A DNA stretch of 64,000 nucleotides from positions 43,092,001 through 43,156,000 of the forward strand of contig OZ249436.1 in NCBI GenBank assembly GCA_965235115.1, given 5' to 3'. The notes beneath the pieces are model-generated. The model did not search any database, was not told the origin of the DNA, and was given only the letters and a program-made list of their open reading frames with translations. Numbering within the stretch: the stretch's first letter is position 1; each line of letters begins with the position of its first letter. Made by a program: the position numbers and the translations under genes. Of this stretch, positions 1 through 9,300 are shown one piece after another. The DNA comes from Laetmonice hystrix (lineage: Eukaryota).

Positions 1-611
1 AGGAGGTGGCTCCCCCTATGTTTGTGGACCCTGACTCCCCCAGTACAGGAGGTGGCTCCCCCTATGTTTGTGGACCCTGACTCCCCCAGTACAGGAGGTG
101 GCTCCCCCTATGTTTGTGGACCCTGACTCCCCCAGTACAGGAGGTGGCTCCCCCTATGTTTGTGGACCCTGACTCCCCCAGTACAGGAGGTGGCTCCCCC
201 TATGTTTGTGGACCCTGACTCCCCCAGTACAGGAGGTGGCTCCCCCTATGTTTGTGGACCCTGACTCCCCCAGTACAGGAGGTGGCTCCCCCTATGTTTG
301 TGGACCCTGACCCCCAGTACAGGAGGTGGCTCCCCCTATGTCTGTGGACCCTGACTCCCCCAGTACAGGAGGTGGCTCCCCCTATGTTTGTGGACCCTGA
401 CCCCCAGTACAGGAGGTGGCTCCCCCTATGTTTGTGGACCCTGACTCCCCCAGTACAGGAGGTGGCTCCCCCTATGTTTGTGGACCCTGACCCCCAGTAC
501 AGGAGGTGGCTCCCCCTATGTTTGTGGACCCTGACCCCAGTACAGGAGGTGGCTCCCCCTATGTTTGTGGACCCTGACCCCCAGTACAGGAGGTGGCTCA
601 CCTATGTTTTT
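1..611. repeat. 46-bp GC-rich minisatellite (AGGAGGTGGCTCCCCCTATGTTTGTGGACCCTGACTCCCCCAGTAC), ~13 copies, with a remnant unit at ~1128-1180
   Basis: Exact 46-bp period from base 1, with some slightly shorter variants. The last unit is interrupted at 612 and resumes at 1128. Confidence 0.97.
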
Positions 612-1127
612 CAGGGTCCGCCAAATCCCACAGAAATGTGGTTGCCCAGTGGGCAACCACAAATTCAAAAGTGGTGGCCCGACAAATAGAACTGGTTGCC
701 CAGGATTTTTTGGTTAAATATAAAGAAAAGCTTTGATTCACACAAAAATAATTTTATTTGCCTCAAAACTTTTTCACAACCCTACCTTATGGCCATCAAG
801 ATGGCGATAGCCTGGGTTATCTGTCAGCCAGTGGTCTATTGCAGTGTCTGGGTCAAAATCCTCAAACTTTGGCCCATCAACTGCAAACGTTATTTGGTCC
901 ACTGACTCTGAACTGTCAGCACCAACATCACTCAGTCACTCTAATGCTCAGACGCTGGCTGCCGGCAACACATAGGCTTCAGTCCAACCCCAGGGCCAGG
1001 CACACATGATGTCATTTGACATGTACTGATGTAGTCGCCCAACGGGCGACCAATCAATTTAATCCAGTTGCCCGGACCGAAATTCTGGTTGTCCCGGGCG
1101 CTCGGTCCCTCGATTTGGCGGACCCTG
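612..1127. mobile_element. Non-autonomous TIR DNA transposon (MITE, hAT-like termini), 516 bp, inserted in the minisatellite
   Basis: 16-bp perfect TIRs CAGGGTCCGCCAAATC (612-627) / GATTTGGCGGACCCTG (1112-1127). Flanking direct repeat GTTTTT (606-611 and 1128-1133). Repeated subterminal GTTGCCC/GGGCRACC motifs; no coding capacity. Confidence 0.88.
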
Positions 1128-1360
1128 GTTTTTGGACCCTGACCCCCCCCCCCCCTCCAGTACAGGAGGTTGCTCCCCTATATCCCTAAGGTTTACCTAT
1201 CCTTAATATGCTGGTAATGTCATCGTGATCTTCATAGTTGCAGAAAAGTATTCGAGGACATTTTGTGAGACATTGAAGAGACCATGTTGATGTCATGAAT
1301 ATCATTAGTTTCTTTGGTTAAAAACTATTATGCCGAAATATTTCTGGTTTATGACAAAAG

Positions 1361-1500
1361 AGTTTCCAACGGCAGTCGTCCCTCCTCTTCAAGATCTTGT
1401 CAAGTGTTCGAAGACACCAGTCTGGACCACACCTTGCACAGCTCCTATTGAGGATTGACTTCAATAAATACTTCACCAGTGCCGGCGGACAGCTTGGCAG
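1361..1500 (+). CDS. TUBGCP4: Penultimate coding exon of gamma-tubulin complex component 4 (GCP4)
   Basis: Bounded by AG (1359-1360) and GT (1501-1502). Translates SFQRQSSLLFKILSSVRRHQSGPHLAQLLLRIDFNKYFTSAGGQLG, which matches the GCP4 C-terminus as recalled (human ...FSRQSSLLFKILSSVRNHQINSDLAQLLLRLDYNKYYTQAGGTLG...). Too short to appear in the ORF track. Upstream exons lie left of the window. Confidence 0.9.
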
Positions 1501-2034
1501 GTCAGATTGTTAGGAAATATTTCAAGGGTTTTTGATGTAGATGTAGAGCCACCGAAATCGAGCTTTACTTATTTGTCATAGATACTAATAATAGTGCCGA
1601 GCCTTTTTATAACTGAGCAGTCACATTACGGGAGACGACATAAACATTGAGTCATGCTCTTTAGATGAGTTTGGGGATATTATTATGATTAGGTAGAATG
1701 AGAAGTTTTAACAAACATGTTGTTAACGGGCTAGATGAAGTTGTTATGGTACATTGTCAACACAGAATAGATTAACTGTTTTTAGAGAGGTCTTCCATTT
1801 GTTGTGTTTTTTTCTTGCCGTGTCATGATGGCAGGCGTTGATCACAGTGCTTCATGACAGACTGTAACAGGTTTTGTAATGCAGCACTCATGGAAAGTTA
1901 CACCGACTAGGGGTGGTGGTTGGGTGGGGCGGAGGGGTGGGACAAACAAAGTAATGTCAAATATGTTTGTATTAATGAAACGATGGGAGGATTCTGCTTT
2001 ATACCCTGGTCTCAGCCAAATGTGAGAAATGTAT

Positions 2035-2581
2035 TTGTCGGATTAATTTTATGGACGCTAAGATTATCTCGTTAGATTAATTTTATGGACGTGTAAGATT
2101 ATCTCGTTAGATTAATTTTACGGATGTGTAAGATTATCTCTTTGTCAGATTAATTTTACGGACGTGTAAGATTATCTCTTTGTCAGATTAATTTTACGGA
2201 CGTGTAAGATTATTTCTTTGTCAGTTTAATTGTACAGATGCGTACAATTATCTTTGTCAGATTAATTTTACAGACGTGTAAGATTATCTCGTTAGATTAA
2301 TTTTACGGACGTGTAAGATTATCTCTTTGTCAGATTAATTGTACAGATGCGTACAATTATCTTTGTCAGATTAATTTTACGGACGTGTAAGATTATTTCT
2401 TTGTCAGATTAATTTTACAGACGTGTAAGATTATCTCGTTTTCAGATTAACGAGATGTGTACGATTATCTTTGTCAGATTAATTTTACGGACGCGTAAGA
2501 TTATTTTTTTGTCAGATTAATTGTACAGATGCGTACAATTATCTTTGTGAGATTAATTTTACGGACGTGTAAGATTATCTT
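2035..2581. repeat. AT-rich 35-38-bp minisatellite (TTTGTCAGATTAATTTTACGGACGTGTAAGATTATCTC), ~15 copies, intronic
   Basis: Visible tandem period (e.g. 2141 and 2179) with two interleaved variants. Confidence 0.93.
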
Positions 2582-2612
2582 TTAAGGGATGCTGGTGGTT
2601 TCTTTATCTCAG

Positions 2613-2628
2613 GTTCCCGGCAGAGTGA
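2613..2628 (+). CDS. TUBGCP4: Candidate terminal coding exon of TUBGCP4 (…R-F-P-A-E-stop)
   Basis: Pyrimidine-rich acceptor TTTCTTTATCTCAG|G. Phase 2 is compatible with the 1500 donor, giving (AG)G TTC CCG GCA GAG TGA, a short tail like human SFGM*. AATAAA at 2772-2777. Confidence 0.55.
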
Positions 2629-2771
2629 AGGTGACCTTGGACAGTTGACCCTCCGTGTCAGTACCTTCACTTAAGTCATCTTTCAGCATACAGCTTGTCA
2701 TTCTCATAGCATTGTTCACGCCAGCTTATAAAGCTTTACAGTGCACCTCCCCGTATACAGTCTTAAAACAT

Positions 2772-2777
2772 AATAAA
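2772..2777 (+). promoter_or_regulatory. Putative polyadenylation signal AATAAA (first candidate last exon)
   Basis: AATAAA ~145 bp downstream of the stop at 2628; the hexamer alone is weak evidence. Confidence 0.35.
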
Positions 2778-2987
2778 TTATGTTGCAATTGTTAATTTTG
2801 AGAGTGACTCAGTATGAAATGATTATTTGTGCCTACAGACTGCTCCATTCATTATTCAATTTTTATCGGTGCTATATGTGTTGCGCAGCCTTTACTATGA
2901 AAAGGGAGGCAGTTTTTACATCGCAGATAGAATTAAAAATGGTTTTCTGCAAGGCGTAAAATTATAATCAAATGGAGATTTCCGCAG

Positions 2988-3155
2988 GTGATTGGGTACC
3001 CTATGGTAGGATGTGTGATTGGGTACCCTATGGTAGGATGTGTGATTGGGTACCCTATGGTAGGATGTGTGATTGGGTACCCTATGGTAGGATGTGTGAT
3101 TGGGTACCCTATGGTAGGATGTGTGATTGGGTACCCTATGGTTGGATGTGTGATT
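2988..3155. repeat. 27-bp minisatellite (GTGATTGGGTACCCTATGGTAGGATGT) x ~6
   Basis: Near-perfect tandem copies; they explain the repetitive ORFs at 2933-3412. Confidence 0.96.
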
Positions 3156-3480
3156 ACCAAGACACTTTGATGGTCTGTGCCTACCCTTGCTTCACAACGA
3201 CAGGGGAATCATCGATCTGCTTCCTGATCTTTTCTTCTTTCATTTCGTTTCTCTTCCATTCGTATGCAGTATCAGTCTCTGTGTTAAATTGTGCTTTAAA
3301 AGTCTCTTGTATTCCGTGCTGCGGTGTGTTTACCAACTGTGAATTTTCTGCCCCAAGTTACTGTTTGTGGTGCGTAACAGTATCTATAACAGATGTGTAT
3401 TACAACGTTTGACAGAAACCCTGCAGAGAGGGTGGTTAAAAAATAGAAACATTCCATGGAACAACAGACCTTACCGATAT

Positions 3481-3640
3481 CTCTACCTGTATAAAATGTC
3501 TCCTACCTGTATAAAATGTCTCTTACCTGTATAAAATGTCTCCTACCTGTATAAAATGTCTCTTACCTGTATAAAATGTCTCTTACCTGTATAAAATGTC
3601 TCCTACCTGTATAAAATGTCTCCTACCTGTATAAAATGTA
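3481..3640. repeat. 20-bp minisatellite (TCYTACCTGTATAAAATGTC) x ~8
   Basis: Direct tandem copies. Confidence 0.96.
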
Positions 3641-3728
3641 TAAACTGGGCCCAGGTCTGATTGCTTTATTGTGTGTATAATAACCAAGGAAAGTTGACGT
3701 TAATGTTTTGTTTTTGTATCTGTTACAG

Positions 3729-3786
3729 CCTGTATGGGTCAGTATCGGAGGACCAGAGTTCTAACCTGTCGTCCCGGCGACACTGA
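3729..3786 (+). CDS. TUBGCP4: Second candidate terminal coding exon of TUBGCP4 (…S-LYGSVSEDQSSNLSSRRH-stop)
   Basis: Strong acceptor TTTTGTTTTTGTATCTGTTACAG|C. Phase 2 compatible; stop TGA at 3784-3786; AATAAA at 3851-3856. Confidence 0.5.
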
Positions 3787-3850
3787 GGCCAACACCGCCC
3801 CACTGCCAACTCGCCAAGGTCACAACTGAAACCAGTTGTATACAAAGTGG

Positions 3851-3856
3851 AATAAA
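3851..3856 (+). promoter_or_regulatory. Putative polyadenylation signal AATAAA (second candidate last exon)
   Basis: AATAAA 65 bp downstream of the stop at 3786. Confidence 0.35.
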
Positions 3857-3934
3857 TGTATCCAAAAGAGACACTTTGTATGATCGCCTAAAATAGAGTA
3901 GCAGCTCCCTGGGGAAACATTGGGTACCTCCTCT

Positions 3935-4154
3935 GAGTAAAGTTGGCGACCTCCTCCCATTGAGCACCTCCTCCGTGAGTAAAGTTAGCGACCTCCTCCC
4001 ATTGAGCATCTCCTCTGTGGGTAAAGTTAGCGACCCCCTCTCATTGAGCATCTCCTCCGTGAGTAAAGTTGGCGACCTCCTCCCATTGAGCATCTCCTCT
4101 GTGGGTAAAGTTAGCGACCTCCTCCCATTGAGCATCTCCTCCGTGAGTAAAGTT
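3935..4154. repeat. 42-bp minisatellite (GAGTAAAGTTRGCGACCTCCTCCCATTGAGCATCTCCTCYGT) x ~5
   Basis: Direct tandem copies; they explain the repetitive ORFs at 3761-4250. Confidence 0.94.
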
Positions 4155-4238
4155 CCTACCGGCCAACTCTTGTCTGGTGAACATTGTCCCTCGGGGATCA
4201 GGAGTAAGAATAATCCTCTGCTGAACCACTGCCCCTAA

Positions 4239-4529
4239 AGGTCGCCGCACACGACGAACATATTCGCAAACATTTGTTCACGAACAAAAATCCGCTCAGA
4301 CAATTATTGTTTGCGAACAATTGTTCGTCGGTATTCGACATGCAGATGTTTAAAGAAATTCGTGGTTCACCGCAGACGACGAACATTTGTTCGGAAATAT
4401 TAAACATGTTGAATACCGATGAAGAATTGTTTGTTCCCGTTTGTTCGGCGTTTTGATCAACGCACACGAGCGAATTTTTGTTCGTGAACAAAATGTTTGT
4501 GAACAAATGTTTGTCGTGTGCGGCGGCCT
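4239..4529. mobile_element. PIF/Harbinger (Tourist-like) MITE, 291 bp
   Basis: TIR AGG(T/C)CGCCGCACACGAC… / …GTCGTGTGCGGCGGCCT; 3-bp TSD TAA (4236-4238, 4530-4532); long internal inverted symmetry rich in CGAACA/TGTTCG. Confidence 0.88.
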
Positions 4530-4777
4530 TAATTGCCAACCCTTCCGCATTCTGCTGAACCTTTCCGCACTTGTATTCCGCACCAGGATTTCTTGAGGGG
4601 GGGGGCGTATCATATCTTTGTATATCCGTTCGCCGGCACATAGCTGACACACGGCTGGCTGTCTGTCGATGGACTGACGGGAGGCTATTTGTACGAAGGA
4701 TACACACAGATATGATGACGAAAACTTATTTCAATGAAATGACCCTAATGTAGCCATTAAACGATCATGTTATCTTA

Positions 4778-4860
4778 AGGCCGCCGCACACGACGAACAT
4801 ATTCGCAAACATTTGTTCACGAACAAAAATCCACTCAGACAATTATTGTTCGCGAACAAT
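4778..4860. mobile_element. Truncated left arm of the same Harbinger-type MITE family
   Basis: Preceded by TTA. Nearly identical to 4239-4321, then switches abruptly to satellite-derived sequence. Confidence 0.82.
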
Positions 4861-5395
4861 GTAGAAAAGGCGTAAAACCATTTCATTTGCCATTTTTAAT
4901 TAAACCTTTACGGCAAATTGCTATTAAGCTACCTGACAACGTTGTCGGACGCTTACAGACGGTCTGTAGAGAACGAAGATTAGATGGGAGTAAATGACCG
5001 ACCAAAGATATGGCTTGCCTCCTGGACAATAAAGGCATGGAAACATGAAACATGAGTGGTCCGGTAAGCCGCCGCACACGACGAACATTTGTGCGCGAAC
5101 ATTTGTTCCCGAACAAAAATCTGCTCGTGTGCGGTGATCAAAACGCCGAGCGAACAATTGTTCGTCGGTATTCAACATGTTAAATACTGACGAACAATTG
5201 TTCGCTTGGCGTTTTGATCACCGCACACGAGCGGATTTTTGTTCGGGAACAAATGTTCGCGCACAAATATTCGTCGTGTGCGGCGGCCTTTACACTACTC
5301 GCTATTGTTGAATGCAAGCGAGCAGTACAGTGAGGTCAAACAGTGCAGGGAGGCCAATCAGTACAGTGAGGAGTCCCTAGATGGTACTGGCTGCT
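4861..5395 (-). repeat. Diverged, inverted partial copy of the 851-bp satellite monomer (interrupted by a MITE)
   Basis: Reverse complement aligns by eye to the monomer, e.g. CCTCCTGGACAATAAAGGCATGGAAACATGAAACATGAG (to 5056), ACCTGACAACGTT and TAGAAAAGGCGTA. Similarity continues after the MITE (CAGTACAGTGAGG…). Many more substitutions than between array units. Confidence 0.88.
5066..5289. mobile_element. Harbinger-type MITE (related subfamily, almost fully palindromic) inserted in the inverted satellite copy
   Basis: GCCGCCGCACACGACGAACATTTGTGCGCGAAC… / …GTTCGCGCACAAATATTCGTCGTGTGCGGCGGCCT followed by TTA (5290-5292). The left TSD is degenerate. Confidence 0.85.
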
Positions 5396-5401
5396 CTAGT
5401 A

Positions 5402-6361
5402 GGGGAGAGTGGGGCACCTTGAGCCTTGGGGTACCTAGAGCCAAAGCCTCTCCTGCCCATTGGTTTTATAATTTGCTGCCATGGCGACGTCTGCACTGTG
5501 CTCTGGCGTCAAGAAGGTAAACTAAAGGTATTACAGTCATTCTGTGACGTCCATGACGAACTTTCATAATCCAGAAGAAAAACTGCATCAGAAAGAAAAT
5601 TCCTAAAAATAAGCAACTTTTATTCCTGTGTCACCTAACTACATTCTATACCTAGAATCTGATGAGAGATAAAAGTATACAGTATAAGCTTTCTACTAGG
5701 CTATATTTTGCTTGTTGTAAAGTGCCCATTTTAAATAGGGGGACAACCTTTTCCAATATGGTGCCCATGGGGCACCTTGAGCCACAAATTATGGGCCACC
5801 TTGACCATGGTTAAAGTGGTTGATCTAAAGGACTTGCATCAGTAAGGCTTTTAAATAGTTTTTTTTTTCAAAAAGCTTTAACATTAATAGAGATATTCGT
5901 GTAAAATTAGATTCAGGATAGTATGAGTTTATAGACCTACATCATTTTACTTGTGGAAATAACCAGAACATTCTGGTTACACTATATGTATATAGGGGGC
6001 CAATATTTATTACAGGTCTTTGCATGGGAAAGCAATGAAAAGAAAAGTCATTTCTATTTTAGTTATGGTTATTTTCATGAAAAAATAACGATTTTTAGGG
6101 CATTTGACCAATATATCTCAAGGTGCCCTATAGGGTGGCTCAACGATCCCCACCAGAGGGGTGCCTTGACCCACACGGAAAAAAATAATTCAAACAAAAT
6201 TTAAGCAGGTAAATAGGGACTTGGAGATTTGGTCTATAGCACCTTTGACCTTTAAAATATATGAATTAATAACTTTTGTTGATTTTGTAGCTGAGGTATC
6301 ACTAATGGATGTCTGAGAACAGAAAAACTGAAATAATGGCTCAAGGTGCCCCACTTTCCCC
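5402..6361. mobile_element. Non-autonomous TIR element with TA target duplication (Tc1/mariner-pogo-like), 960 bp
   Basis: 24-bp TIR GGGGAGAGTGGGGCACCTTGAGCC / GGCTCAAGGTGCCCCACTTTCCCC (1 mismatch), flanked by TA (5400-5401, 6362-6363). Internal copies of the GGGCACCTTGA motif at ~5770, ~6118 and ~6160. No transposase ORF. Confidence 0.85.
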
Positions 6362-9300
6362 TACCTTGTAGCGATTCCTCCCTGTACTGTTTGGCCTCCC
6401 TGTACCGTTTGCTTGTATACAAGAGTAGCTAGTAGTATAGGGACGCCTCATGTTTCATGTTTCCATGCCTTTATTGTCCAGGAGGCAGGCCATACGTTTC
6501 GTTTATCATCTACTCCCATCTAACCTGTGTCCCCTACAGACCATCTGTAAGCGTCCAAGAACGTTGTCAGGTCGTCCCAATGACTGTTTGCCGTAAAGGT
6601 TAATTAACAATGGGAAAATTGCGTTGTACGCCTTTTCTATATCAGATATCCCCTCCCCAAGTAACAAACAGACAAAGAAAGATTACACAGAGATGAACAT
6701 TGCAGGCAGAAAACACCAGGGTGCAGCGGTGCTGACTGCACTGCCGCCTTACGGCCAGCGGTGGAATCACCACGTACACCTGGCCGGGCTGGCAGGCACC
6801 TGTGGCTCTGAGGCGAGAGACAGGTTAAAGCAATGATAAGCGAAAAATGGCTACACTTTTGATACGTCAAATTGAAACTACGCCCCCAAAATTATTATTC
6901 TTAGGCCAGATGTATGACTGTGAAACGTATAGGTCTCGTACGTTCGCTACAGATATTTGGTTGTGATGTGTACACTTCCCATTTGAGTATCTTCTCCAGA
7001 TTTTAACATTAGATGCTCGTCGCCTGTACCTTTCATTTCCATTACCTCGCTGTAGAGTTTGCATGGCTACTATAGGCCAGCAGGTAAGATGTATGGACTT
7101 CTCACTCTACTGGTTGGCCTCCCACACTGCTTGGCCCCACAGTGTACTGTTTGGCCTCACTGTACTCTTTGGCCTCATTGTAGTGTTCGCTTGCGTGCCA
7201 GGCCAGCCAGTATACCTTGTAGCGGTTCTTCCCTGTACTGTTTGGCCTCCCTGTACCGTTTGCTTGTATACAAGAGTAACTAGTAGTATAGGGACGCCTC
7301 ATGTTTCATGTTTCCATGCCTTTATTGTCCAGGAGGCAGGCCATACGTTTCGTTTATCATCCACTCCCATCTAACCTGTGTCCCCTACAGACCATCTGTA
7401 AGCGTCCAAGAACGTTGTCAGGTCGTCCCAATGACTGTTTGCCGTAAAGGTTAATTAACAATGGGAAAATTGCGTTGTACGCCTTTTCTATATCAGATAT
7501 CCCCTCCCCAAGTAACAAACAGACAAAGAAAGATTACACAGAGATGAACATTGCAGGCAGAAAACACCAGGGTGCAGCGGTGCTGACTGCACTGCCGCCT
7601 TACGGCCAGCGGTGGAATCACCACGTACACCTGGCCGGGCTGGCAGGCACCTGTGGCTCTGAGGCGAGAGACAGGTTAAAGCAATGATAAGCGAAAAATG
7701 GCTACACTTTTGATACGTCAAATTGAAACTACGCCCCCAAAATTATTATTCTTAGGCCAGATGTATGACTGTGAAACGTATAGGTCTCGTACGTTCGCTA
7801 CAGATATTTGGTTGTGATGTGTACACTTCCCATTTGAGTATCTTCTCCAGATTTTAACATTAGATGCTCCTCGCCTGTACCTTTCATTTCCATTACCTCG
7901 CTGTAGTGTTTGCATGGCTACTATAGGCCAGCAGGTAAGATGTATGGACTTCTCACTCTACTGGTTGGCCTCCCACACTGCTTGGCACCACAGTGTACTG
8001 TTTGGCCTCACTGTACTCTTTGGCCTCATTGTAGTGTTCGCTTGCGTGCCAGGCCAGCCAGTATACCTTGTAGCGATTCTTCCCTGTACTGTTTGGCCTC
8101 CCTGTACCGTTTGCTTGTATACAAGAGTAGCTAGTAGTATAGGGACGCCTCATGTTTCATGTTTCCATGCCTTTATTGTCCAGGAGGCAGGCCATACGTT
8201 TCGTTTATCATCTACTCCCATCTAACCTGTGTCCCCTACAGACCATCTGTAAGCGTCCAAGAACGTTGTCAGGTCGTCCCAATGACTGTTTGCCGTAAAG
8301 GTTAATTAACAATGGGAAAATTGCGTTGTACGCCTTTTCTATATCAGATATCCCCTCCCCAAGTAACAAACAGACAAAGAAAGATTACACAGAGATGAAC
8401 ATTGCAGGCAGAAAACACCAGGGTGCAGCGGTGCTGACTGCACTGCCGCCTTACGGTCAGCAGTGGAATCACCACGTACACCTGGCGGGGCTGGCAGGCA
8501 CCTGTGGCTCTGAGGCGAGAGACAGGTTAAAGCAATGATAAGCGAAAAATGGCTACACTTTTGATACTTCAAATTGATACTACGCCCCCAAAATTATTAT
8601 TCTTAGGCCAGATGTATGACTGTGAAACGTATAGGTCTCGTACGTTCGCTACAGATATTTGGTTGTGATGTGTACACTTCCCATTTGAGTATCTTCTCCA
8701 GATTTTAACATTAGATGCTCCTCACCTGTACCTTTCATTTCCATTACCTCGCTGTAGTGTTTGCATGGCTACTATAGGCCAGCAGGTAAGATGTAGGGAC
8801 TTCTCACTCTACTGGTTGGCCTCCCACACTGCTTGGCCCCACAGTGTACTGTTTGGCCTCACTGTACTCTTTGGCCTCATTGTAGTGTTCGCTTGCGTGC
8901 CAGGCCAGCCAGTATACCTTGTAGCGATTCTTCCCTGTACTGTTTGGCCTCCCTGTACCGTTTGCTTGTATACAAGAGTAGCTAGTAGTATAGGGACGCC
9001 TCATGTTTCATGTTCCCATGCCTTTATTGTCCAGGAGGCAGGCCACACGTTTCGTTTATCATCTACTCCCATCTAACCTGTGTCCCCTACAGACCATCTG
9101 TAAGCGTCCAAGAACGTTGTCAGGTCGTCCCAATGACTGTTTGCCGTAAAGGTTAATTAACAATGGGAAAATTGCGTTGTACGCCTTTTCTATATCAGAT
9201 ATCCTCTCCCCAAGTAACAAACAGACAAAGAAAGATTACACAGAGATGAACATTGCAGGCAGAAAACACCAGGGTGCAGCGGTGCTGACTGCACTGCCGC

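Noticed and set aside
1910..1941. G-rich tract as a functional G-quadruplex
   Set aside because: Four G-runs are present, but it is an isolated intronic low-complexity patch with no other support.
200..4250. Repetitive ORFs at 200-689, 2933-3412 and 3761-4250
   Set aside because: Translations of minisatellites that are open in several frames and on both strands.
4778..5289. Single composite MITE (TTA…TTA) that captured a satellite fragment
   Set aside because: Satellite similarity continues beyond 5292, and 5066-5289 is a self-contained palindromic MITE. A truncated copy plus an independent insertion is more parsimonious.
6362..7212. Hammerhead ribozyme, 5S rRNA or spliced-leader RNA unit in the satellite
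   Set aside because: No CTGANGA…GAAA core seen on either strand, and no 5S or SL/Sm-site match recognised by eye. An Rfam search would be needed to exclude it fully.
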